From Spirochaetia bacterium (GTDB taxonomy: Bacteria > Spirochaetota > Spirochaetia > UBA9216): DNA of 64,000 bases. The notes under the pieces were generated by a model. It had not been told where the DNA came from, did not search any database, and saw only the letters and a list, made by a program, of their open reading frames with translations. Both the position numbers and the translations under genes were made by a program. Where the stretch lies: contig OY776510.1 of assembly GCA_963675665.1 (NCBI GenBank), positions 128,001 to 192,000 on the forward strand, in the 5' to 3' direction. Below, in pieces: positions 10,437-20,068 of this stretch (its first letter is position 1; each line of letters begins with the position of its first letter).

Positions 10437-11813
10437 TTAAACTATTGCGTTCATTATAAAAAGTACGACAGCGCCGACTACTGAAAGCGATAAAACAGCG
10501 CCGAACCAGTGCCAGAGCATTTCCTTGACATCGGTCAATCCCGTTGTTCTGTTAACAACCCAGAAATAACTGTCGTGCAGGTTTGTAATACCTATTGAAC
10601 CGATACAACATGCCAGTCCTGCAATGTACGGATTAATTCCGGGCATTGCAAGAAGAATCGGCGCTGAAATCGAACCTGCCGTAAGCATACCGACCGTGGC
10701 GGATCCTGTAACAATCCTTAAAAGAAAAGCCATTAGATAAGGCAGTACTATGCCGGGAATATTGGCATCAACAAGAGCCTGGGCAATCTGCTCGCCTGCT
10801 CCGCTTGCCTTAAGTACTGCGCCCAGAGCCCCGCCGGCGCCGGTTACAAATACTATTATTCCTGCATGTTTGATTGAGTCATCAAGAATTCCCACAACCT
10901 TTTTGCGATCAGTTTTACCGGCAAGACCGTAAATGGCAATAAGAACACCGATTCCTACCGCAACTATCGGATGACCGAAAAGACCTACCACAGTTTTAAG
11001 CGAACCGCTGAATCCGGCCATGTTTCCGACTGTATTCAGAAGAATAAGCACAATCGGAATAAGAATAGGCGCGAATGAGATAAAAGTTCCCGGAAGACCT
11101 TCCGTCTCAATCTTGTCTGTCGCCTGAAGTTCTTCTGCAGTATAATTTCGTTCGATAAGAACCGAAGAATCAATCGGATCCGGAAGTTTAAACAGTTTTT
11201 TCCCAATCCATTTTGAATAAGCAAGCCCTGCAAGCGTGATGGGAATGGAAGCAATCAAACTGTATATCATGAATATCCCGATATCCAGACCAAAGAAATT
11301 GGTGATGGCAAGGGGGCCGGGCGTAGGCGGAATAAGGGAGTGTGTAACAAGCAGCGCCGTACCGAGTGCACAGCTGATTGTTATCAGACTCCGGCCTGTA
11401 TTTCTCGACAGGGATTTTGCCAGCGGTGAAAGAACAACAAAAGCCGAGTCACAGAAAACCGGAATAGATACTATAAATCCGGTAATCATCATGGCAATAT
11501 CTTCTTTACCTTTTCCGAGTATCTTTATAAAGGTTACGGCCATTCTTTTTGCAGCGCCGCTGACCTCAAAGATTGCTCCCATCATGACACCAAAACCGAT
11601 AATAATTCCTATACTTCCCAGGGTCCCGCCGAATCCGTTCTTTACCGAATTAAGAACGTCAACCGGGGGAAGTCCGGCAATCAGACCGGCGGCTATCGCG
11701 CCGATGATCATTGCGGGGAAAACATGAATTTTGGTTCGCATTACGAAGTAGAGTATTACAAATATTGCAACCGCAAGACCTATAATGACCCTAATTACAT
11801 TTACGTCTCCCAT
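10437..11813 (-). CDS. GntP-family permease; start moved to MGDVNV
   Basis: IPVFCDS, PPTPGP, GSATV, DSYFW; SD AAGGAG before ATG 11813. Confidence 0.85.
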   Translation of the reverse strand: MGDVNVIRVIIGLAVAIFVILYFVMRTKIHVFPAMIIGAIAAGLIAGLPPVDVLNSVKNGFGGTLGSIGIIIGFGVMMGAIFEVSGAAKRMAVTFIKILGKGKEDIAMMITGFIVSIPVFCDSAFVVLSPLAKSLSRNTGRSLITISCALGTALLVTHSLIPPTPGPLAITNFFGLDIGIFMIYSLIASIPITLAGLAYSKWIGKKLFKLPDPIDSSVLIERNYTAEELQATDKIETEGLPGTFISFAPILIPIVLILLNTVGNMAGFSGSLKTVVGLFGHPIVAVGIGVLIAIYGLAGKTDRKKVVGILDDSIKHAGIIVFVTGAGGALGAVLKASGAGEQIAQALVDANIPGIVLPYLMAFLLRIVTGSATVGMLTAGSISAPILLAMPGINPYIAGLACCIGSIGITNLHDSYFWVVNRTTGLTDVKEMLWHWFGAVLSLSVVGAVVLFIMNAIV

Positions 11814-11840
11814 ATCTCTCTCCTTATGTAATTTTAAAAG

Positions 11841-11873
11841 AAGTTCCGGGTTTTGGGAAAGTCCCGGAAACTT
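11841..11873. other. Intra-operon stem-loop between uxaA-like and gntP-like genes
   Basis: AAGTTCCGGG...CCCGGAAACTT inverted repeat. Confidence 0.5.
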
Positions 11874-11885
11874 CAATCTTCACTA

Positions 11886-13049
11886 TTAAATAACCGGCCC
11901 AAGGCAGTAAAAGTCCATGGACTTTGTATATCTGATGGCCTCGCCCTTGTTGGTTTCTCCGGAAGCAATCCTGAGAAGCAGTTCAAAGGTTTCCTCGCCT
12001 ACTTCCTCTATGGATTTTTCACCTGTAACAATTCGTCCGGCATTTATATCCATATCACCCTGCATACGCTCGTAGGTAACAGGATTGCCGCAGATTTTAA
12101 CAACCGGTACTACAGGAAATCCCTGGGGGGCGCCGCGGCCTGTTGAAAAAAGAATTACCTGGGCCCCGCCGACGGCCATTCCGGAAAGAAGCTCTATTTC
12201 ACGGCCCGGCGAATCCTTTATCCAGAGGCCTTTTCCTGAGGGCTGCTGCGTATAATCAATCACACCTTCAATTGTTTTTGAGCCTGATTTCACGATTGCA
12301 CCAAGTGATTTTTCCTCGATTGTACTGAGCCCGCCTTCTATATTTCCCGGTGTAGGCTGGCCTTTACGCATGTCGACACCAATCGCTTTTGCACGGGCTT
12401 CCATTTCGTCTACAATCCGCTTGATTTCCGAAGAGACAAAATCGTTTTTTGCCCGTCTCTGCAGAATATGTTCCGCTCCTATGAATTCCGTAGTCTCACC
12501 GAATATTACGGTTCCGCCCAGATCTACAACCTTGTCCGCAACATATCCGATAACCGGGTTTGAAGCCACACCGGAGGTTGTATCGGAAGCGCCGCATTTT
12601 ATACCCATAACGAAGGTCGACATGTCAACCTCAGTTCTCTGCTGACCGGAAATCTGCATTACAAGTTTCTGGGCCTTATCAATCCCTTCCTTGATTGCAA
12701 TACTTGTTCCGCCGAGTTCCTGGATATTTATTCTCTCTACAGGTTTGCCAGTGGCCCTGAGTTCGGCTTCAAGCCTGTCGGTATCAACTCCTTCACAGCC
12801 GAGACTGACAATCAGGGATGCGCCGACATTGGGGTTTTTACCTATGCCTATCAGACACTCGGTAATCCTTTCAAGATCAGGAGGCGTCTGGCAGCATCCC
12901 TGATGGTGAATAATCCCCTGGGTCATAACTGTATTCGCCACAATGCTTTCAACTACCTCATTCGCACATACGACCGAAGGTATTACCGCAACATGGTTCC
13001 GACTGCCTACAGAGCCGTCTTTTCTGATATATCCTGTATAGGTAATCAT
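11886..13049 (-). CDS. UxaA/GarD-family dehydratase, large subunit
   Basis: GSRNH, HHQGCCQ, NPNV, SLGCE, KCGASD, PGNIEGGLSTIEEKSLG, FSTGRG. Confidence 0.88.
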   Translation of the reverse strand: MITYTGYIRKDGSVGSRNHVAVIPSVVCANEVVESIVANTVMTQGIIHHQGCCQTPPDLERITECLIGIGKNPNVGASLIVSLGCEGVDTDRLEAELRATGKPVERINIQELGGTSIAIKEGIDKAQKLVMQISGQQRTEVDMSTFVMGIKCGASDTTSGVASNPVIGYVADKVVDLGGTVIFGETTEFIGAEHILQRRAKNDFVSSEIKRIVDEMEARAKAIGVDMRKGQPTPGNIEGGLSTIEEKSLGAIVKSGSKTIEGVIDYTQQPSGKGLWIKDSPGREIELLSGMAVGGAQVILFSTGRGAPQGFPVVPVVKICGNPVTYERMQGDMDINAGRIVTGEKSIEEVGEETFELLLRIASGETNKGEAIRYTKSMDFYCLGPVI

Positions 13050-13363
13050 TCTGCTGCTCCCTCTTTTTCCCAGTCTCCGCGTCCGCGGATACTGTCGATG
13101 TTTTGAATGTGCACATGCTCTCCGGGTTTAATAGGCTTTGTTGCGATTCCTATTTCTTCACCGTATTTTGTAACCTGCTCTTTTATCCCTATTTCTTTCA
13201 GGGCAATTTTATGCCCATAGGGAATATCATTGAGTACTTTAACCTCAAAACTGTTTCCGTTCTTTTCCATTACGGTCACAGCGCTTCCTGCCGAAGCAGT
13301 ACCGAACAGGGTTGCAACATTGTCATCATCATGATTTTTTATTGCTTTTACCATTTCCTGCAT
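13046..13363 (-). CDS. UxaA-family dehydratase, small (SAF) subunit
   Basis: DDNVAT, IPYGHKIA, KYGEEIG, GEHVH; overlaps large-subunit start. Confidence 0.88.
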   Translation of the reverse strand: MQEMVKAIKNHDDDNVATLFGTASAGSAVTVMEKNGNSFEVKVLNDIPYGHKIALKEIGIKEQVTKYGEEIGIATKPIKPGEHVHIQNIDSIRGRGDWEKEGAAE

Positions 13364-13365
13364 TA

Positions 13366-14640
13366 CTATGCTCTCCTTACTATTACGCCGACACCGTCGG
13401 GGATAACCGTTATTCCAGCATCTTCGCCCTTTAAACTGCGTGCTGTACTTAAAGCATCCTCTATGGAATCAGCGTAGATAAAATTCATCTGTTCAACTGT
13501 TTTTTTGTCCAGACCATCCGAAACAAGAATTATCGTGTATCTGCAAAGAGCATCTGAAAATCTCTGTGCACACCATTGTTCCGATATTGTCTTCTCAGGC
13601 GGGATCAAAAGAATTCGCTCCAGCAACTCCTGCGGCGGCGCCGACAGCATTAATTCACCGAAATTTTCGCCGCCTAGCCCCTCTGAACATTCGGCGGCCA
13701 GTATTATTACAGCATTCTCATTGGCACAGGCCAGCGCCGCATCAAGACCTTTCGGACATTGATAAAGGTTTTGATCAAGCGGATAGCCTCCGTTTGAAGT
13801 AACGACAATATCGGCCTTAACGGCATCTACCCCGCACCGGTCCATAAGGCTTGCACAGCCTGCCTTATGGGCTTCCCCGACATCGCCGCAGTAGGCTTCG
13901 ATAATTTTCTTTTCATCATCAAGAAGAACGTTGCATATAAAAGCCAGATTCGCCATGCGCGCCGCTCTTATCATGTCCTCGTGAATCGGATTACCGTCCA
14001 GAACTCCTGTTGCCGCACCCGAATGTTTTATCGCATCCGCGCTGTGATTGATATTTACACAGTCCTGAGAGGCAATCCCCGGCAGCACACTTTTTCTGCC
14101 GCCGGAGTATCCTGCAAAAAAATGAGGTTCTATGAAACCTTCAGCTACAAGCAGATCAGCCTCTATGGCAATTTTGTTTATCTCGCATTTGCTGCCCGAC
14201 GGCAGAGTTCCAAGGTTTATGAAACTGCTTTTATCGAACGCATTATGATTAAGAATCTTCTCATTCTCAAAGATCTCGTCGCTGAAACGTTCCCTCATTT
14301 CTTCTTCAGTCATTCCCCGGTGCAGACCGGTTGCTACAAGAATTGAAATGTCGGCATCCGGGTTGCCTTTTCTTATTTCATCCAGCAACAGGGGCATTGT
14401 TATTCTGCTTGGAACAGCCCTTGTATGGTCGCTGGTAATAATCACAATCTTTTTTTTACCTGCCGCCAGGGTATGGAGAGGTTCCGTTCCGATCGGATTC
14501 GCCAGAGCTTCAAGAACAATCCCACTTTCGGATAAATCCGAAGGCACTGCCTCTCCGCCTGTTAATACCGCTTTCAGATACCGCTTCTCGAGTTCACATT
14601 TAATTGTTCCCCGACCGTATACAAGATTTATTTGTTCCAT
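13366..14640 (-). CDS. LarA-family nickel-pincer-dependent racemase/epimerase
   Basis: SDHTR, TGLH, PHFFAGYSGGRKS, NHS, YPLDQNLYQCPKG. Confidence 0.9.
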   Translation of the reverse strand: MEQINLVYGRGTIKCELEKRYLKAVLTGGEAVPSDLSESGIVLEALANPIGTEPLHTLAAGKKKIVIITSDHTRAVPSRITMPLLLDEIRKGNPDADISILVATGLHRGMTEEEMRERFSDEIFENEKILNHNAFDKSSFINLGTLPSGSKCEINKIAIEADLLVAEGFIEPHFFAGYSGGRKSVLPGIASQDCVNINHSADAIKHSGAATGVLDGNPIHEDMIRAARMANLAFICNVLLDDEKKIIEAYCGDVGEAHKAGCASLMDRCGVDAVKADIVVTSNGGYPLDQNLYQCPKGLDAALACANENAVIILAAECSEGLGGENFGELMLSAPPQELLERILLIPPEKTISEQWCAQRFSDALCRYTIILVSDGLDKKTVEQMNFIYADSIEDALSTARSLKGEDAGITVIPDGVGVIVRRA

Positions 14641-14659
14641 ATATCAATGTTCCATGTGT

Positions 14660-14703
14660 TATGCATCATGTATACATTATACCTGAAAAATAAATCCTGT
14701 CAA
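14660..14703 (-). promoter_or_regulatory. Consensus sigma70 promoter overlapped by a GntR-type palindrome
   Basis: TTGACA-16bp-TATAAT (14703-14676) and perfect palindrome ATGTATACAT (14668-14677) over the start site. Confidence 0.7.
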
Positions 14704-14742
14704 ATTCTTTAGTCATTCAAACCGAAAACTCTATCCTGAATT

Positions 14743-15417
14743 TTACTTAAGAAGGGAATTATTTTTAATATTGCGAAGTATTTCTTCTCTGGCAAGGGTC
14801 AGATGATTATCGCATGACGCAACAGCGGCGGCTTTATCCTTTTTCAGCAGATTGTCGATAATATCGGTATGCTCCCTGATGGAGTCATAAAACCGGTTCT
14901 GTTTTGACAAAGCAAGAACCCTGAACGGACTCACCATCATGGAAACCTTATCAAGGGCTTCTTTTATTACCTTGTTACCGGAAATCTCAACAAGATACTC
15001 GTGAAACTCAGCATCTGTCGCAAGGTATTCCTTCATATCAGAAATATCACCATGCTCAATAAAAGTTTTCCTGAATTTCTTAAGCCGGGATATAATGCTG
15101 TCGTCCAGTTTGTCAACTATCTTCTCAACAGCAAATTTTTCTATAATCAGCCTGAATTCATACGACTCATTAATGTCCCGTACCGTAAACTGTTTTACAC
15201 AGACATATTTATTGGGAATACTCTGAAGAAAACCTTCCCCTACAAGCTGATTGATTGCATTTCGAACAGGAGACCTGCTTACTTCCAGTTTTTCGGCGAT
15301 CTGGACTTCCTGAATACGTTCACCGGGCTTGAGCTCACCGTTGAGAATGCCCGCTTTAAGGACTTCATAAACCTGATCTTTAATTGTTGAAGCTATTTTT
15401 GTATTACCAATACCCAT
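14743..15417 (-). CDS. GntR/FadR-family regulator; start moved to MGIGNTK
   Basis: ELKPGERI, VSRSPVR, FCD domain DAEFH...EH; TTGCCC-17-TATTGT 6 nt before ATG. Confidence 0.88.
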   Translation of the reverse strand: MGIGNTKIASTIKDQVYEVLKAGILNGELKPGERIQEVQIAEKLEVSRSPVRNAINQLVGEGFLQSIPNKYVCVKQFTVRDINESYEFRLIIEKFAVEKIVDKLDDSIISRLKKFRKTFIEHGDISDMKEYLATDAEFHEYLVEISGNKVIKEALDKVSMMVSPFRVLALSKQNRFYDSIREHTDIIDNLLKKDKAAAVASCDNHLTLAREEILRNIKNNSLLK

Positions 15418-15459
15418 GAATAAACAATAAACAAAAAGAACCATCTGGGCAAGATAAAA

Positions 15460-16749
15460 TTAATTATCGTCCTCTTCCTCAAAAACCATATCGTAAAGAG
15501 TATGATGCCGGTTAACCTGAAAGCCGATTACTGCCGCAAGACCGGCAGGAAGACTGTAATACATGCCGAACAATTCGATCGTCAACACACTTACAGCAAT
15601 CGGCGTATTCATCGTACTTGAAAAAACTCCGGCAAACCCGGCAGCCAATAATGCAAAATAATTCGGGGTGCCGGCAGAAATGCCAAAGAATGATGCAAAC
15701 GCAGCCCCGGCAAGAAGGCCTATGAGCATTGACGGGCCGGCAAATCCGGCGCTCATACCAGAGCCCACTGTCAGGGAATTAGCTGCCGCCTTCAGGATCA
15801 TAAGCAGGATTATAACCAGGAAAAGAGGCGCCGAATTGCTTATATTACCGTAGAGAAGATTGAAATCGCCCTCAAACACCGCCCTGAAAATATCGGGGCT
15901 TGTTCCGGCCAGAGCGGGATTTAAAAAATATACTGCAAAGAAAGCTGCGGTTGAACCGATTACCGCACGGACGGCAACACCGCAATGGGAAAGCTTGTGA
16001 TCACGGTGAAACATGCGTGAGACCAGCGCGTAAAGCAATGTAAAGCCGCGCCCTGCAAAACCTGCCGCAACGCTGAGCAGCAGAATAATTCCAGCTATTC
16101 GAAGATCGATCAATCCCCCGACGGCGTTCAGTGAAAACATGGGCTTAAAACCAAAAAACCTTGATGTATAAACACTTACCGTGCTGGCAAGAATCGCCGG
16201 AAAGAGCTGCCTGTAACGCATACTGGATTTCTGCATAATTTCCACGGCAAAGATTCCTGCGCCTATCGGGCTGTGAACAAGCGCGCCGAATGCCGCGGCA
16301 AGCCCGCAGATTGGAAAAAGCGGTTTGTGTTCCGCTGATATTATTTTACCGGGAATAATCCTGTACAGTGCAGACATTATACCGGCGGAAACCCGCCCGC
16401 CGGGACCGAGGAATCCCCCGTTTCCGAATGTTCCGAGCGTCAATAGCGCTGCCCAAAATTTAAAAAATGTTTCCGAGACGGACATTTCGCCGCCTCTTTC
16501 CCTCAGGCTTATAATATACGAAGGCATTCCTTCGCCCTTTGCCCGCGGTTCTATCCTGTAGATTAGCAGGCTGACTACTGCAGCTCCGGCCACCGGCCAT
16601 ATAAAAACCGGAACCGCGTTTACCGATCTTAAAAAACCCGACAGACAGCCGTAAAAAGCAAGAAATATATGAATAGTGATACTTCCTGTAATGCCGGCTA
16701 TACACGCGATGATCAGCCATTGAAACAGAAAAATATATGATTTTTTCAT
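15460..16749 (-). CDS. CLC-family channel/transporter with degenerate motifs
   Basis: GEGMP, GFLGP, GLAAAFGA-P-GAGIFAVE, TPI...IELFG, terminal LY. Confidence 0.78.
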   Translation of the reverse strand: MKKSYIFLFQWLIIACIAGITGSITIHIFLAFYGCLSGFLRSVNAVPVFIWPVAGAAVVSLLIYRIEPRAKGEGMPSYIISLRERGGEMSVSETFFKFWAALLTLGTFGNGGFLGPGGRVSAGIMSALYRIIPGKIISAEHKPLFPICGLAAAFGALVHSPIGAGIFAVEIMQKSSMRYRQLFPAILASTVSVYTSRFFGFKPMFSLNAVGGLIDLRIAGIILLLSVAAGFAGRGFTLLYALVSRMFHRDHKLSHCGVAVRAVIGSTAAFFAVYFLNPALAGTSPDIFRAVFEGDFNLLYGNISNSAPLFLVIILLMILKAAANSLTVGSGMSAGFAGPSMLIGLLAGAAFASFFGISAGTPNYFALLAAGFAGVFSSTMNTPIAVSVLTIELFGMYYSLPAGLAAVIGFQVNRHHTLYDMVFEEEDDN

Positions 16750-16774
16750 TCAGCTGTGCAATTCCTGATTCATT

Positions 16775-18940
16775 TCAGAATTTAAGCTTGCTTCCAAGCG
16801 TACTTTTTAATGTCTCCGCGGCATCTTCCGCGGCCTTTTCAACCTCATCGGGGACCGCATCCTGAAGCAATTTTTCCGCCTGTTTTGCGATATTGTCCTT
16901 TACCGACTGTTCAATTTCAGCAATTTTGTCATCAGCCATCGATCTGTATTTATCGAGTTCCTGTTCATAATTTCTGATTTTATCAGCATAGGACTCAAAC
17001 TGCTCCCTTGCCGAATCGAACTCCCGGAGCGGTTCTGCGAGCTCAGCGTCCAGATAATCCTTCAGCATCTGTAACCCCTCATCAGCGCCCTCTTTCAGCA
17101 TGGCTGAAGCAGCATTGCCGAGGCTGTCATCCAGTTCGGTTTCAACCGAAATATCAAAACCGGTGCTATCGTTCCAGGTAAAACTGCCGATCGCCGTCAG
17201 GGGTTTTACCGATTCAAGGCTGGTGTTGACAAGCCTGTATAAAAGTCCCTCCGGTTTTTCTGACTCGAGATTAAGCTCAACTGCTTCCAGACCGAAATCA
17301 CCGGCAAATCCGTCTTCGTTCCACCCAAGGCCACTGTCAAGCGACAGCGAACCGGAAAATACGGAAATATCAAGCGCCGACAGGCTGCCGCCCAAATCAA
17401 ACGGCACGGAAGGCACATCAAGCGTAAGGCTGCTCTCGGTAATCAGGGCTTCCGCGGCTCCTGTCGCCGGGGTATCTATCCCGATTTCGAGGCTGGTTTC
17501 GTTTTCCCATTTGTCCGGTTCGCTTACCAGATCATTTAAAGACAGGTTATAACTCAACCCTGGCTCTTCACCGGAAGCAAAAGCATGAACCAGAACAAAG
17601 CCCGGCGGGGCGTCTGCCGGAGGGGGAAGACTTCTGCCGGGCCTTCTTTTCTCCGGAGACTTTTCCTTTTTAAGATCTGAAAGACGTTTAAAACGTCCGT
17701 ACCACTCAAGGCCGCGATCCAGGTACGACAGGTATTTCTGAAGCGGTGCGGACAGCTTTTCTTCAAGAATTGAAGCCGCCCAGTCAACCTTCTCACCGGC
17801 CGGCAATGTAACAAGACCTTCAATATAGTCATAATCGTTCGAGATTGCAGTCTTTATTGCATCAATCATTGATGAGGCTTCATTAATCCCGGCTTCAACG
17901 GCAGCCAAATCGTTTGCTGCGGATGAGTAATCCTGTTCCGCATCATTATATATCTTTTCAAGCTTTGAGATTGTGGACTGTGCGCTTTCAAGGGTCTGAA
18001 AGGAACCGGCGTTTACCGTTTTGATGTAATTAACGGAAGTCTCCCAGCCGTCAATCCTTGATTCCCATTCCCCGGCCTTGCCCTCCCACTGCCCTGCGTA
18101 GCCTTCAACTTTCATCTTTGAATCTTCAAGAACTGTAAAACTTTCAAGGTTTTCCTTCTGCTGCGCAAGAATCTCTTCAACGTCGATTTCCCCGGCAATG
18201 GCCCCAAGCTGGTTGACAACATCCGTAATGGAATCCTTTCCGGCAGACACCAGTTTCCCGGCGGCCCCCTGCTTCTGATTTCCGGAAGACGCCTTGTCCG
18301 AATCTTCCGGTACAGCATCTCCGTCTTTGTCCGCAGGCGCTCCCGTTTCGGGAGCAGGAAGCAGCCCTGATTCGGCTCTTTCAGTGCCCCGCTTCAGTCC
18401 TGAAAACCCAAGCTCCTCTATAAGAACCCGGCCCTGAAGAAGTTCCGCCGTATCAAGATCAGCAGTAACCGATGAACATTCAAAAAGATTTTTCATAGGG
18501 TTCTGCGCGTCCGCTACAGCAAAGTATTCGAGCGAAAATTCACCCTTGAAGATTGAAAGCTCAACGCCGTCCGTATCAACCTGTGCGAGAAATATCTTTT
18601 CAAGTTGAGTTTCCAGCAATCTCTGAACAAGCATATTCTTCAGATAGAATTCAAAGAAGACTATACCGCCTGCAACAATCACCAAGATAAAGATGAGTAT
18701 GAAATTAAGACGCTTCCTGTTCTGTTTTATCGCTTTTCCGAGGGCTTTCAGTCGTTTCAGATCTTTTTTGGACAAACCCTCTGCATTCACCCTTACCATG
18801 CCGTTTTCTTCAACCAGCAGCGATTCAAGAAATTTCCGGTCCTCCGGCAGGTAAATTTTCTTTATATACTTTTTTTCCCATTTCTTCTTATCAACAGCCT
18901 TTGAAAATATTCCGGGCGCTTTCCTTTTTTTATCAGCCAT
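16775..18940 (-). CDS. TIGR03545-like protein (single TM, AsmA-like N-terminus, coiled coils)
   Basis: ADAQNPMKNLFE segment after a TM; paired with the adjacent TIGR03546-like gene. Confidence 0.65.
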   Translation of the reverse strand: MADKKRKAPGIFSKAVDKKKWEKKYIKKIYLPEDRKFLESLLVEENGMVRVNAEGLSKKDLKRLKALGKAIKQNRKRLNFILIFILVIVAGGIVFFEFYLKNMLVQRLLETQLEKIFLAQVDTDGVELSIFKGEFSLEYFAVADAQNPMKNLFECSSVTADLDTAELLQGRVLIEELGFSGLKRGTERAESGLLPAPETGAPADKDGDAVPEDSDKASSGNQKQGAAGKLVSAGKDSITDVVNQLGAIAGEIDVEEILAQQKENLESFTVLEDSKMKVEGYAGQWEGKAGEWESRIDGWETSVNYIKTVNAGSFQTLESAQSTISKLEKIYNDAEQDYSSAANDLAAVEAGINEASSMIDAIKTAISNDYDYIEGLVTLPAGEKVDWAASILEEKLSAPLQKYLSYLDRGLEWYGRFKRLSDLKKEKSPEKRRPGRSLPPPADAPPGFVLVHAFASGEEPGLSYNLSLNDLVSEPDKWENETSLEIGIDTPATGAAEALITESSLTLDVPSVPFDLGGSLSALDISVFSGSLSLDSGLGWNEDGFAGDFGLEAVELNLESEKPEGLLYRLVNTSLESVKPLTAIGSFTWNDSTGFDISVETELDDSLGNAASAMLKEGADEGLQMLKDYLDAELAEPLREFDSAREQFESYADKIRNYEQELDKYRSMADDKIAEIEQSVKDNIAKQAEKLLQDAVPDEVEKAAEDAAETLKSTLGSKLKF

Positions 18941-18949
18941 TAAGTCCTC

Positions 18950-19480
18950 CTAGTACACTTCGCTGAACTGCCTGACCGCGGCAATCAGCTTTCCGAGAAC
19001 AGGGGCTTTCTTTAAGGCGTTTATGAATTTTGATTTTGCTATCCTGGGCGAAATCTTCTCCCGGAAAAGTACAATTATCAGCCTTGCAAGAAAAAATAAA
19101 GGCAGCCACGCCGCAACGCCCGCTATAAGCCCGCCGACCATCAGCGAATCATTCAACCCCAGGTATATCAGCCCGGGAATATCATTAATTCTGTATACGA
19201 AGGCGGATACAGTCTCCGATTGAAGTATTCTCCAGCCCACAGGTTCGGTAAAAGTATCAATTAAAGGGACAATCCACTTAAAAAGCGCTATAAAAACAAT
19301 CTCAAAGCCCCAGTTAAGCCTGGCAATGAGACTTATTATAAACAGAACCGGCCAGAGCAGGTTTATTGAAGGAACAAGCGCCAGTAAAAAGGCAACAGCA
19401 ACAGCGGCCGCTACAGCCCCCGGTTTTGAGTTCGAATTAAGCGCCGCAATCAATTTTGCAACAGGTCTGATAAAAAACAT
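18950..19480 (-). CDS. TIGR03546/DUF2062-like membrane protein
   Basis: ALNSNSKP, NLLW, NDSLMVGG. Confidence 0.7.
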   Translation of the reverse strand: MFFIRPVAKLIAALNSNSKPGAVAAAVAVAFLLALVPSINLLWPVLFIISLIARLNWGFEIVFIALFKWIVPLIDTFTEPVGWRILQSETVSAFVYRINDIPGLIYLGLNDSLMVGGLIAGVAAWLPLFFLARLIIVLFREKISPRIAKSKFINALKKAPVLGKLIAAVRQFSEVY

Positions 19481-19530
19481 TTTAAAACCTCACTTTATGT
19501 GATTATACCCCGGGCGGCAGCAGCCCGGCA

Positions 19531-19570
19531 AATAAAAAAGCTGTCTTAAATCCTGCGGGACAAAGACAGC
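19531..19570 (-). terminator. Intrinsic terminator
   Basis: GCTGTCTT...AAGACAGC followed by TTTTTTATTT on minus strand. Confidence 0.6.
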
Positions 19571-19591
19571 CTGGATTTCACTCAGCTAAAA

Positions 19592-19963
19592 TCAGCTTTT
19601 AAAAGGTAAATCTGTCTTGTAGTTTTCTCCCCATTCGGTATCAATCGTCATTTCAAGATCAAGGTTTGTAGGGGGTTTCAGAAATTCGTAGTCCCTTCCG
19701 CTTTCTGCACATGAGAATTTAAGTGTGATCCCGTCCAGGGCTACTGAGACCTTAAAATTGGTAATGGTTTTCCCGCGAAAATCATAGTAAACACCGCCGT
19801 CGGCATCAAGAATTCTTATATTGTTTGAGCTGAATTCCCAGTAGGCATCATAGTTCTCATCCACCCATTTACCGAGAGGAAACTCGCCAAGTTCAATCCC
19901 CTGGGCAAAAGCCCCGACAGAAACAGCAATCAGTACCATAGAAATAATTAAAATCTTTTTCAT
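19592..19963 (-). CDS. Exported hypothetical protein
   Basis: Signal peptide MKKILII...AFA; no recognised family. Confidence 0.75.
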   Translation of the reverse strand: MKKILIISMVLIAVSVGAFAQGIELGEFPLGKWVDENYDAYWEFSSNNIRILDADGGVYYDFRGKTITNFKVSVALDGITLKFSCAESGRDYEFLKPPTNLDLEMTIDTEWGENYKTDLPFKS

Positions 19964-20068
19964 AATTTGCCCCTTCCTTAAACAGTTTCATTAATTATAA
20001 AACACTTGATGAGGTATTTCTATTTCTTTTTCTACCATATATTTCAATTTATGGAGAAAATATAACAC

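Noticed and set aside
11886-13363. Sulfolactate sulfo-lyase SuyAB with LarA as a sulfolactate racemase
   Set aside because: The large subunit has the HxxGC and LGCE cysteines of sugar-acid dehydratases rather than the SuyB signature as recalled, and there are no sulfite-handling genes
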